A DNA stretch of 63,106 bases, counting the filler, from Bonamia ostreae (taxonomy: Eukaryota), in NCBI GenBank assembly GCA_040357525.1. It is 45 parts of 45 records of this genome, joined end to end, with 100 filler letters (N's around TTAATTAATTAA, not from the genome) between each part and the next. Parts side by side here need not be neighbours in the genome. Positions count along the whole stretch, not along the records: positions 25,411 to 26,718 come from JBDODL010002083.1; positions 26,819 to 28,125 come from JBDODL010002084.1; positions 28,226 to 29,532 come from JBDODL010002085.1; positions 29,633 to 30,939 come from JBDODL010002086.1; positions 31,040 to 32,346 come from JBDODL010002087.1; positions 32,447 to 33,751 come from JBDODL010002088.1; positions 33,852 to 35,156 come from JBDODL010002089.1; positions 35,257 to 36,560 come from JBDODL010002090.1; 37 more parts are not named here. The stretch is one strand, 5' to 3'. Below the pieces are notes generated by a model that ran no database searches, had not been told where the DNA came from, and worked only from the letters and a program-made list of their open reading frames with translations. A program made the position numbers and the translations under genes. Below, piece after piece: positions 25,931 to 38,165 of this stretch (its first letter is position 1; each line of letters opens with the position of its first letter).

Positions 25931-26818
25931 AAGAGGAAAAAGAAAATCAATCATCTAGAAAATTTATTTTGTTTTGAGTTCCAAGACATTACTTTTAGAA
26001 AACATCTTGGTTAAGTCATATTCATCAAAAAATAAAGTAATTAAAGCAATCATTATGACATCAAATAATATTGACAGTTTTAATTAATATCTGTTCAACT
26101 TTATTTGATGTTATAGTCACGATTTTTTCTGTATCTTTTACTCATGACACATTTATACATTTCCAAATATATTATATCAATTGACGCATACAAATATTTT
26201 AATTACAACATAAATATTGTCAATTGACATAATTAAATAAAAGCAGTGACATTTTGGACATTTTAATTTTAACTAACTAAAACAAAAAAAACAAATAAAT
26301 TGGTTTAATCAATTGCAAAATAAGTTCTAAAGAATTTGTATAAATATCTATCAAATCATTAATCTTTCCAAAATAATATTAACTCAAAATTTATAATTCT
26401 TATTCATGAACTTTTTCTTTTAAATAGACAAAAAATTATTCCAAATTTCTTATTTTTAAAACTTTGTGACCATCTTTGTTTTTTGAAAATGATTAAACTT
26501 CTATAATGTTGTAGTTTTATTTTTTACAATGGATAAAACTCCTTGCCACTGACTTAAATAAATGCTAAACCAAAAATAGAACATTGATTCTATAAATAAT
26601 TTAAACTAATTGAATTCAGTTTGTTTTCTGTTTTTTAAATTAATTCTACATATTTGAAAACAAATTTTGAAATCATTCTATATTATGTACACAAAAGTTA
26701 TAAAACAAACCTTGTATTNNNNNNNNNNNNNNNNNNNNNNNNNNNNNNNNNNNNNNNNNNNNTTAATTAATTAANNNNNNNNNNNNNNNNNNNNNNNNNN
26801 NNNNNNNNNNNNNNNNNN

Positions 26819-27098
26819 AAAAATTACAAAAAAACATAAATTTTACAACGACAAAAAATATTAAAAATTACAAAAAAACGGCAAAAATTAAAAAAAAAAC
26901 ATAAAAAAATTTTACAAAAAAACGGCAAAAATTAAAAAAAAAACGAAAAAATAAAAAAAAACATAAAAAAATTTTACAAAAAACGACAAAAAATATTAAA
27001 AATTGCAAAAAAACGGCAAAAAAACAAAAAATTTTACAACGACAAAAAATATTAAAAATTACAAAAAAAAACGTCAAAAATTACAAAAAAATTAAAAC
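26819..27098. repeat. A-rich low-complexity tandem repeats inside a THUMP-gene intron
   Basis: Recurrent aaaattacaaaaaaaacggcaaaaatt and tttacaacgacaaaaaatatt units running to the contig end. Confidence 0.75.
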
Positions 27099-27750
27099 AT
27101 GAAAAAATTCAATTAAAACGATAAAATCAGCGTTTCGAAGACTAACTTTATCAATTTTAGAATACTTTTTGACCAAACATTCAATCTCACGAATAATCAA
27201 ATCCCTCTCAATAACATTTCCTCTTCTTTTAATTTGAATGCAAAAAGTTTTTTCTAAACTTTTGTCAAAATTTTGCTTTTTTATCAAATTTTCAAATGTC
27301 TCTTTTATATCTTCAATAAACGGTCGACAAATTTTTATCGGCAACAAACGGATCACAAATTTTGGAATTTTGCCAAAATTGGCACAATTTTCAAAAATTT
27401 TACAAATCGTTTCATTAATGTCAATTTCTTTTTTTCTTATTTAAAAAATGTTTTGTGTTCAATAAAATTGTTTTAATTTAGTTAAAAATGTGAAACAGGG
27501 CTAAAACTATTAGTCCTTTGCACTTCAAATTAACGTTAGAATAAAGTCTGTTTTTGGATATGACGGAAATTTCTTTTTCTAGTTCTCTTTGTACGTCAAC
27601 AAATTTTTCTTGATTGTTGTTGGCTAAATTTTGATCGATATTTAGATTATCCAAAAATTGGCTCAATTCTTCAACGGCTTTGAATTCCTTTCTTTGTGGA
27701 CAAGTTGCCAATAAAGCGTTTTGGCCATATCTGCAATTATATTTAGCCAT
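27099..27750 (-). CDS. THUMPD1: THUMP domain protein (THUMPD1/Tan1), 3'-partial (protist)
   Basis: LLATCPQRKEFKAVEE, VQRELEKEI, FVIRLLPI, TFCIQIKRRGN..ERDLII...KVSLRNADFIVLIE. Intron 27436-27496. Confidence 0.82.
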
Positions 27751-28225
27751 TTTTCGAAGGATTAGTTTTACGTGAACAGATTAAAGGTTTTTATTTTCAA
27801 ATTTTTGGAAAGAACAGCGAAATTGAAAAATTGTTAATTTTACTGCAAAAAATCTAATTTTTATAAATTCTTCAGTTTCTTCTACAAATCTTTTGTAAAT
27901 TTGTCGAAAACAATAAAATTTTTATTTTGTTTTTTAAAATAACTTTTGCTAATTATGATTTAATTACTGTTTTGCTGTTTTAATTTCATTTGTATTTTGG
28001 TCATTAATTATTTTTTTTTTTTTATTTTAATATTTTATATATTCCACTTTTTTATTTAGTGTTTTTCTTTTTTTTTTTTTTATTTTTAATTGGATTTATA
28101 TTTTAATTTTACAGTGCATGTTATTNNNNNNNNNNNNNNNNNNNNNNNNNNNNNNNNNNNNNNNNNNNNTTAATTAATTAANNNNNNNNNNNNNNNNNNN
28201 NNNNNNNNNNNNNNNNNNNNNNNNN

Positions 28226-29280
28226 CGGTGTGTAGGTTATTGTGTAGGTGATTGTACAGTGTGTAGGTTATTGTGTAGGTATATGTACAGTGTGTAGGTT
28301 ATTGTGTATGTGATTTTATAGTGTAGGTTATTGTGTAGGTGATTGTAGAGTGTGTAGGTTATTGTGTATGTGATTTCAGAGTGTGAAGGTTATTGTGTAG
28401 GTGATTTTACAGTGTGTAGGTTATTGTGTAGGTATATGTACAGTGTGTAGGTTATTGTGTATGTGATTTTATAGTGTAGGTTATTGTGTAGGTGATTGTA
28501 GAGTGTGTAGGTTATTGTGTATGTGATTTCAGAGTGTGAAGGTTATTGTGTAGGTGATTTTACAGTGTGTAGGTTATTGTGTAGGTGAATGCACAGTGTG
28601 TAGGTAATTGTTTAGATGAATGTAGAGTGTGTAGGTTATTGTGTAGGTGATTGTACAGTGTGTAGGTTATTGTGTAGGTAATTGAGGAGTGTGTAGGCTA
28701 TCGACGAGTATGTACACTTATTGTAGAGTATGTTGTTTATTGTGGAGTGTGTACGATTAGTGTGGAGTGTTTAGGATACGATTATTTTGGTAGGTATCGG
28801 CATTGTGGAGTATGTAGCTTATTATGGAGAGCAGAGATTATTATATAGAAATTGTGGAGTGTGTACGGTTATTGTAGAATGTGTAAGTTATCATAGGTGA
28901 AGGTTATTATGTAGATAATTATGTGCAATTAATCGTGGAGTATGCACGGTTATTGTGGAGTGTGCAATTAGTTGTGAAGTGTGGACGGTTATTTTGAAGT
29001 TTCAAAGTTATTATGGAGTGTGTAGGTTATTGTGGAGCGTGTAAGTTATATATTTGGAGTAGTTAGATTACTATGGGGTATATTTTTTACTGTGGAGTAT
29101 GTGCGGTTATTGTGGAGTATGTAGGTAATTGTGGAGTGTGTTGGTAATTGTGGAGTGTGTAGATGTGTAGGTTATTGTTGACTGTGTAGGCTATCATGGA
29201 TTAAGTACGGTTATTGTGGAGTGTGAGGTTTATTGTGGAGTGTGTGGGTTATTGAGGATTGGTTAAATAATTTTGGAGTA
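28226..29280 (+). repeat. Minisatellite: 31-bp unit grading into a degenerate 19-bp unit (host)
   Basis: gtgtgtaggttattgtgtaggtgattgtaca repeats at 28226-28690, then gtggagtgtgtaggttatt-like units. Confidence 0.95.
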
Positions 29281-31109
29281 TATAAAGTTACTGTGATATC
29301 TGTATATCTATTTTGGTTTTAGGCTTATATTGGTGTTTAACAAATGATGAAAATGAAGATGAGGAAGAGGAAAGCTTACAGAAGACTGTGACAGTGACTA
29401 AGGGAGGTCATTGTATACAGAACAGAAGAATGGGGGATAAAATCAGGGAATTTATGGAAAAACTGGAAGAAAAATTGAGGTACAATGCACTATATATATC
29501 AACAGGTTCTTAAGAAGCGTTTTGGATTATAANNNNNNNNNNNNNNNNNNNNNNNNNNNNNNNNNNNNNNNNNNNNTTAATTAATTAANNNNNNNNNNNN
29601 NNNNNNNNNNNNNNNNNNNNNNNNNNNNNNNNTTCAGTATTACGTTTGAGGATAATGGAGAAATCCAAGTTAATTGAAGTTTGGAATTTCAACAAAACGG
29701 AGAGACGCCTACTGGGGGCAAATAAATTGGAAGAGCTGAAAACAAAAGGTAAGAGTGTAGTCATAATTTGACTGCTTTAGGGGACAGTTTACTATAAATA
29801 TGAATCAGTTTGAAAGAGTGTGCCCGCTCGCCCTGTTGAACGTTTTCATTTTGCATTATTACACGAGAAGGAAAGCCCGCGACTATTTCATTCTCAATTA
29901 TAAATATCTGAAACTTCACGCACTGAAGTGCAGTGTTTATACTAGATCTATACAAGATTCCCTTTCGTGATTTTCTAGAAAAATAAACCACCACGTTTAT
30001 ATATTTACATTTACTCTTGATTGTGTCTGAGATAACCCTATAAATGATACATTCCAATATTAATGAATAAAATTATCTTTAATGGTGAATATTTACAGAC
30101 CAAAGACGATCTTGTGCGCAGTACCAGTTCTATTCTGCGTGTTAAGTTACAGGGGCAAGAACTGGTACTTGGCAAGAAATAGAAACAAAATTCAGCTATG
30201 AATCGCATACATATACATATACTTCTTTTCTGCTCATATTTTGCGCTTGCTGATTAAATTTGATAGTATACATATTAAGCTGTTGTTTGATCAAATACAT
30301 ATAGCTGTAAAATTATAAATTTCCAAATTTTGTGGGAATATGCCTTGGAATTTTCACCAATGCCATGAGAGCAAATGCCTTGTCTATTGAAAGAAAATCG
30401 CATTCCTTAGTGCGTCTCCTTCAGAGCAAAGTGGAAAGAGAAAAGACCTAAAGCACTGGGATTGGGTTTAGTTTCAATAAGCATATTGATTTCCATTCCC
30501 GTCGATGAGTTTAGGCTACATGCATATAATACTAGTAGTTATTCTTCACCAAATAGTTTAGATCACATCCAGTTAATGTAATATAATTGTACACTGGCAA
30601 CTGTATCGAATAACACAAAGCGAATGTTTCTTATCCCCTATCAAAACATGCTTTGAAACCAAGCTACAGTTTTGGTTGATTGTGTATACATTTACAGAGA
30701 ATTTGATGATCTGTTCACTTTTTTCATGCCTCTATAATTAGTATATAGAAAGATAATGGAAAGAAAATAGTCCAAAAAGTTTATAATTTTATGTTTAAAA
30801 GATGAAAATATTAATGCAGTACATATGATATGTACACGTATGCCGAGTGGATTAGAACCATGGCTTTAGAAATACTACGTTCTCAATACACCGAAACTCT
30901 AACTAGCTGTGCTGACCACGAATAAATGAAATTAATTAANNNNNNNNNNNNNNNNNNNNNNNNNNNNNNNNNNNNNNNNNNNNTTAATTAATTAANNNNN
31001 NNNNNNNNNNNNNNNNNNNNNNNNNNNNNNNNNNNNNNNAACTGTCAAAAAATGGAGAACCCATAAATCCTTTTTTACAAATTATATATCGCCTATAGAA
31101 AAAAAAAGT

Positions 31110-31470
31110 TTATTTTACTAATATCGCCAAAATTAAAAAATCGACAAATAAAGTTAATTTTACAAATATCGACAAAATTAAAAATTAGCCAAAAAAAGTT
31201 AATTTTACAAATATCGCCAAAATTAAAAAATCGACAAAAAAAAGTTGATTCAAAAAAATATCGCCAAAATTAAAAAATCGACAAAAAAGTTAATTTTACA
31301 AATATCGCCAAAATTAAAAAATCGACAAAAAAAGTTGATTCTAAAAATATCGCCAAAATTTAAAAAATCGACCAAAAAAATTAATTTTACAAATATCACC
31401 AAAATTAAAAAATCGACAAAAAAATTTAATTTTACAAATATCACCAAAATTAAAAAATCGACAAATAAAA
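31110..31470. repeat. ~45-bp AT-rich tandem repeat (intronic, protist)
   Basis: aaaattaaaaaatcgacaaaaaaagttaattttacaaatatcgcc, about 8 copies. It generates spurious ORFs on both strands. Confidence 0.9.
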
Positions 31471-31524
31471 CCAAAATGATTGAAAAAAGTGAAATGACTT
31501 TCTTTCGACAAAAAAGAACTAAAT

Positions 31525-32346
31525 TTGGCCAAATCAAAATTTTCTTCAAAATTAGCCAAAAGACGTTCTTTTCTGTAAATCGGCGATATCTTCTCTCCTT
31601 CTTCCAAATAACAAGATTTAACGTCCGGCAAATAGATAACTCCCTTCAATAACAGCGAAGAAAAATTTGCATCGACCGCGTCTTTAAACCAGGAAAGCAG
31701 AAGAGAAAGTGGATAATCTGAAGAATAACAAGTTTGACCGACAGCGCATTTGCTTTCTTTGTTGATTGTCAAACCGATTTCCGCAAATGCCGATTTGAAA
31801 GCTATTTTTAATTTTTACTTTTTGCAATTATTTTTACTTTTTTGCAATTATTGTTTTAATAATTATTTTCGTAAAATTGCCATAATTTTAAAATTTGGGT
31901 TTTTAAAAACGAATATAATCGTTAGAATGAAAATAATATTTTGTTCTGGCGTACATTATTATCAGATCGGAACATGCAGAATTGCAAATATTCTATAAAA
32001 TTTAATTTTTGCTAAAAATTTAGTTTTGCAGAAAGTGAAATTGACCGCTAATTTTTAATTTGACAAAAATGTTAATGGCTAATTTTAACTTTTTCGTCTT
32101 TCACATTTTTTAAAATTTCGGAAATTTGAAGCAATTTAGCTCTAACTGTGTCAAGACACTTTAAAGTGCCATCTACAAAATCGACCGATTTTTTGATTTC
32201 GTGTAATCGATAAATTTTAGCTTTTGTTAAATATTGACTAGTGATTGAAAGTATTGTATTGACGAGCGAATCGCCGTCAGACCAAAGTCTTCTTATTATT
32301 TTCGAGGGAGAGGAGAATGTTAGTGGAGGTTTTCTCGATTGGTTTT
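31525..32346 (-). CDS. ATXR3/SDG2-like histone methyltransferase C-terminal region, partial (protist)
   Basis: Exons IIRRLWSDGDSLV, ACSDLIIMYARTKYYFHSNDY and YSSDYPLSLLLSWFK...KGVIYLPDVKSCY parallel the ATXR3 C-terminal motifs (ADLIH.YA.T..FF; Y...Y..GQL..W...RG.L.LPD). Confidence 0.6.
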
Positions 32347-32622
32347 NNNNNNNNNNNNNNNNNNNNNNNNNNNNNNNNNNNNNNNNNNNNTTAATTAATT
32401 AANNNNNNNNNNNNNNNNNNNNNNNNNNNNNNNNNNNNNNNNNNNNAAATTCTATGACAATAAGTGAGATTTAAAAAGGCTGCACAAAATTCTATGACAA
32501 AGAACAACCGTTTAGCGCTAAATAGCGAAAAATCAAGCCATTCTATAACGAAAATATGCTAAATTTTAGATCACAAAAAACATATACAAAAAACTTATTC
32601 CGAACATCCAACGCAATTAGCA

Positions 32623-33694
32623 ATGGTCGACGTATCGAATTCCAATTCAGACAATAAAAAAACACCAGACTCAGACAGTTCCATCAACAGCGAAGCTCAA
32701 TTCAAGGAATTAACGGCGACGGCCAAAGACTGGGATTACGACTTTTTTGACAAGGAAACCCGAATCGAAAAAGAACCGGTTCAGCTTTCCCAATTTTAAG
32801 GATATCACCTCCACACTCCTCATCACAGGTCTCCCGAAAATACCGGACGAAAAGACCGCCAAACTGAAAAACGTCATCAAGAAGAAGTTCAAATCGTTCG
32901 GGAAAATATCGACGGAAGACATCACCATTTTCAGAGAAGAGAACACCGATCTATCCACCGGTTCCTGCATCATCAAGTTCCGAAGTTCTGGGGACGCCCA
33001 TGCAGCCTTGGCTCTAAAAAAGTTTGACAAGAACCATTCGCTGCAAAGCGTCTGCGTCCAAGACTGTCTTGACACAGACACTCGACTGCAAAAAATGACC
33101 AAAACGCTTTCGGTTCTTAAAGAATCGGATGCTTTGTTTTCACACAACAACGACATTCGCCAGCGTTGTCAATTTTTAGTGCGCTGCGGGGCCAAAACTA
33201 CCGTTTGTTGGCACGACCCGCTCCGCCTTTCTTTGGAAGGCCGAGACCCTTTCGTCGACTACGACGAAAACAAGGGCGAAGCCGCCACCGAGTTGATTTT
33301 GCCGACCGAGGAAATCACAATAACGGCGGTCAGATGGAGCAAGACCGGAAAGTTTCTCGGCGCGATCGGCTCCAAAGGCCAAATAGTGGTCTATGGCGGC
33401 TCTCCGCTGAAGAAACTTTGCGAATTCGGGCAAAAATTTTGCGATTTTGAGTTTTCGCCAATGGACAATTTTGTCGTCGCCATCAAAACTGAAGACCCCC
33501 AAGCCAGATCGAGACAGTCGAGAGCGATTGTTGTGACGAGGGTGGCCGAAGTGTGGGACTTTTTGCTTGTCAAATTGACGGTCGTAGTTAGTCTGAAAAC
33601 GGGTCTTCGGCTGAAATGGAGCTTCGACGAGAAGTACTTTGCTTTCATGACCAATAGCGGAATATCGTTTTTAGTTTCGCAGCTTTTTGTGTAA
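32623..33694 (+). CDS. EIF3B: Translation initiation factor eIF3 subunit b (Prt1), 3'-partial (protist)
   Basis: ATG at 32623 and 22-nt intron 32779-32800. RRM (LLITGLPKIPDEKTAKLKNVIKKKF...FDKNHSL) followed by beta-propeller motifs (VRWSKTGKFL, FEFSPMDNFVV, LKWSFDEKYFA). Confidence 0.85.
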
Positions 33695-35256
33695 GCGTTT
33701 TGGATATAATTTGACTTGCAAATTTGTTGTTCGCGTCATTTAATTTTCCAANNNNNNNNNNNNNNNNNNNNNNNNNNNNNNNNNNNNNNNNNNNNTTAAT
33801 TAATTAANNNNNNNNNNNNNNNNNNNNNNNNNNNNNNNNNNNNNNNNNNNNCCTTTACATAAACTTCATTCATTATATCCAGTCCCTCGAATTACCGAAT
33901 TGCCCGTGATTTCCCAAATACCGCCATAAATTACCGAAAAGTTCCCTAAAACTACTGATATTCCCCTTTAAATCAGTTTCTAAAGTTACACCTGTCACTT
34001 TCAAAGATTGGGGATTGATTGTATCTTTTATAAGATTGGGATTAAATTAGATGGAATTTCAATTAAATATGTATTTAACCAAAGTCATAAAACATTAGAA
34101 GCATTTACAATGAACAATTCACACAAATAACATATGGGGGAGGGGGGGGGGCTATGCTAATTTAAACATGAACAATTTACGTAAATAACTTTGGTGAAAT
34201 ACGCATGTATGTATTTTGATAAAATTATCGTTCTTTGAAACATCGTGGATCTATGATCTATGATCACAATTTAGCGTTGTAATATCAAACTCGAATATGT
34301 TTCAACTTGATATGCATTTCTGGATACATTGAACAGGGGGATTTGGTAGTTTTATGAGGCATTTTTATAGCTCCTTTTAAGTATTTCTGTGGGACCTGGA
34401 ACTCCTGGCTCGTGGTGATGACATCCTTCATCTCTGTTATAGTTATCAGGTTTTGATAGCGGATATGTGAATAGAATATATGGTGTACATTGTCAACGAT
34501 TTTGGTATTTCAACCAGAAAGTCGCATAGTTTATTATTTAGGGTCCTTGGGATTTTGAAAATGTCGGTTATGCAGTTTACGACAGTGTGAATACAGCAAA
34601 TCCAATGGTTGATTGGTTTCTTTTAACTGAAAAGCATATTTATTATGATAGAGATTTCATTCAGTAAGGATGACAATTCATTATTTTGTTCAGTGACTGT
34701 AGATCAGGGAGTATTTTATTTTGCGTTTGTAAGATCCGGTGTTTATTCGTGAATGTAATAATTCGCGAGAATACAATTAAAAATAACTTGTATTTTGCGA
34801 ATAGATCCGCTTCTGTGTTTCTAATCGTAATGTTCTGGCACACATTCATGTGCACGGCATATATTGTATCTACCGTTATTCAGTTGATTTGTTTACCCCT
34901 ATGTTTACTAGTGATAATTAAATGAGTAGTTATTATCTGGCTCCCTCTAAATTGCTACATATACATTGAGGTGTTTTGGTTTACCCAATGCATGCCCCAC
35001 TGCTTGCTGTATGACAATCTGAACTGTTGTTTGTATGTATAGTGGTTGACTTTAATTAAATTTCGTAAAACGTAACTGGAGATGGTTTCATATTCCTATT
35101 CTTTTGAACATACGTTCTATTCTATTTTCATTGATTTCTAGTTGCACAGATAATGTNNNNNNNNNNNNNNNNNNNNNNNNNNNNNNNNNNNNNNNNNNNN
35201 TTAATTAATTAANNNNNNNNNNNNNNNNNNNNNNNNNNNNNNNNNNNNNNNNNNNN

Positions 35257-35916
35257 TTACAAGGTCCTGTATAAGAGAAACGGTATCTTCCTTCCAGATC
35301 CACTGCTGTCACAAAAGTTCCTGATACAAGAACATCTCCATTCCTGTTTTCTGTTATGTATGAAAAATTGTCACATAGTTTCTGGCTACTGTCGCCTCGT
35401 ATAGTGAGGACGTGTTTTCCTGTTCTGTCGTTCCTTGTGATTTTGATTTTTTTCATCATTGAATGGGTCTTGATTTCCAATTTCGACATCCCGATCAGCA
35501 GATCGCCTGTTGATGGAGAGCTATACACACAATGTGGTTTCCAATCTGTTGCATTTCTTATTCTGACGTGCGTTTTGCGGTCTGCCATCAGTTTGTTGAT
35601 GTTGTCATCGCTGTCTATATATATGAGGTTACCTGCACTTGTAACTGTGTGTACTCCATAACTAATATCTGATCTCTTTGTAAAATGATGGATTTTGACA
35701 CCGGTTGTGTCTGTCAAGATGATATTATTTCTGTCACTGACCCAAACCTGACCTGACGTCAATCTGCTTATATGAAGAACATCATCAACATCTGGCGCTG
35801 TTACATATTTCTCGAACTTTGACGGGAACATTGTTAAATCACTGTCTGAAGTCTTCTTTGAGTACCTTGTTTGAGTACATTTCCCTTTTTCTTATTCGGG
35901 ACACACTGTGAGCTCT
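35257..35916 (-). CDS. NHL-like beta-propeller exon of the bivalve-expanded TRIM-like family (host)
   Basis: VLHISRLTSGQVWVSDRNNIILTDTTG, GVHTVTSAGNLIYID, WKPHCVYSSPSTGDLLIGM, YITENRNGDVLVS, GRYRFSYTG. Confidence 0.8.
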
Positions 35917-38063
35917 GTGGAAAATAATAGTTCATAATATCCTTAAACTCTATGCTAAAATTTTCATTAGGATTTGGAAGTTCGAATTAATTATTAGTAT
36001 AATTGCGTTTCTTTCCAACCAAATCTGACAAAAGCAAACAGCATTTCACAACGTTTTTCAAGAGATCACACATCAAACTAAAATATGAATAGTCCTCAAA
36101 TTTGTAAAACATTGTTACACTATTTCCAATGATGTAAACGAACGTTCATCTGTGGAAATATTTAGTAGCAGAATATCAATTGGAAAAGCATTTACTACGA
36201 GTATTTTTGCAAATGTCCCAACGCGTACATATTTCTCATGCAAAGTGACTTCTTGAATACATGAATGTGTTAGGAAGGAGTTCTTTAAAATATTCCGAGT
36301 TTATGTTTCGAACGCAAATGAAAGGGGAATTGTAGTATCAGATTCGTAGAATGGTTTTATATATTCTGACATTTACTAACATAACCGATCAACAGGAAAT
36401 GCTTACACCTTCTGCGCACCTGATTCCATATTTGGTATGTCCAGGGTTTCATTTTGCCCTCACCATATTTTTTTTCTTTATGGAATGATGAATGTTTGTT
36501 ATTTTCATTTTTTATATCCTTATTCAGGGTTCTCCATCATTTTGAATTTCACTGTGTTGCNNNNNNNNNNNNNNNNNNNNNNNNNNNNNNNNNNNNNNNN
36601 NNNNTTAATTAATTAANNNNNNNNNNNNNNNNNNNNNNNNNNNNNNNNNNNNNNNNNNNNGTATTTTATTTCAGGTCAAAGGTGATTAAAATAACTAAAG
36701 TACCAATTAAGCTTTATTCATGTGCATTGGTTATTTTTAGTTTAGGAATTTCGAAATAATTACTTTACAGAATATCTAGGGACTAGACTAAACTTTTTGG
36801 AATCACGCAGCTGATTTGTGAAAATTTATTCTCGTATGTGATATTCAGTTCGGCGGTAAACAAGCATTAGCCATTGTTTTGGTGATGCCTACTGTAAATT
36901 AGTTTGTTTTTTTTTTCATTGTTATACATCCTTGTAAATAATGGTAAAGATATTTTTAAATCTTTGAATTATGTATGATTGAACTGCTGATCTTCGGGTA
37001 AATTCAGACCCCTAACAATATTATGTATGATTCTTTATAAAGTGTTGCATACCTGATAAATGTACAGTGTATATTGAATGATTGCTATCAACTACGTTTT
37101 CAAGGTTTCATTTTATTTGAGTAAAATTTTATTTCATTCATGACAAATCACAAAAAATAGATATCAACGTAATTCTTACTGTTCTGTAAGAGGAGATAAC
37201 AATACTACAGTCGATAACACATTATTCACAAATTAAAGATAGAAATGTAACATTCCTTGTATGAATTGAACATTTGAACACGATATAATTCTTGTCAAAT
37301 GATATAATATTGTATTTTACAGAAATATTCACAAGGAAGTCACGACAAAAAGACAAATACCACCCACTCTCGGTCTTCATCACTCTTGTTTCTCAATACC
37401 TCAAAAATCAAGCCAGTGCATTGACTGTATTACATCACATTCTCTCCTTAAACCTTAATAAATGTTCGAAAAATAATTCATCATTTGTTTAAAAAGTAAA
37501 TAAAAAGAATCGTTATCATATACATATATATGCATTATCCAGTGAACCAATGGCTCAATTCGACCAAGTATTGGAAGTATTATGTACTATACAGCAAGGA
37601 TTTGAGGTCATCACGACGTAAATTTACGTTTGAACGTTGTCCATTTTATGTTTCTATCTAGTTGTATCAATCAGTTAAGAAAACGCTTACATATTTTAAA
37701 AGTGCTTCGAACGAATGTTTTATTAGGTAATCATCATTTTCTAAGAAGGACAAAACAATGTGGATGCTAGTATTTCTTACTTATTAACCCATAGGCTCTA
37801 ACTTGTTTCGTATTTCACATATGTTCTCTTCCCGTCTCACGGGAATTAATTTGATATAAGGAAACATAGTTTTTACGACACATGTGACGTTATGATAGGG
37901 TATAACCATATACTCTCATTAACATGTAATGAACGATAAAACGCGTGTGCGTGCGTGCGTGCGNNNNNNNNNNNNNNNNNNNNNNNNNNNNNNNNNNNNN
38001 NNNNNNNTTAATTAATTAANNNNNNNNNNNNNNNNNNNNNNNNNNNNNNNNNNNNNNNNNNNN

Positions 38064-38165
38064 ACGGGACCTCGGTTTTACGGTCTATTTTGAAGGACCG
38101 CCCCATTTAGTCCTCTCTTAGGACAATCAAGTGGTAGTGAGGTCCTATGTTAACCCGACTACCAC
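38064..38165 (+). mobile_element. Oyster-type short interspersed repeat fragment
   Basis: acgggacctcggtttttacggtc...gaaggaccgccccatttagtc...aacccg resembles a common ostreid dispersed repeat. Recognised from memory, not searched. Confidence 0.45.

Noticed and set aside
31245-31652. Lys/Ile-rich and Phe-rich ORFs (also 26868-27077, 5015-5314)
   Set aside because: These are translations of low-complexity repeats or antisense of Lys-rich sequence.
33667-33682. Possible 16-nt intron in eIF3b
   Set aside because: The downstream sequence is too short and unconserved to fix the acceptor, so it was not counted.
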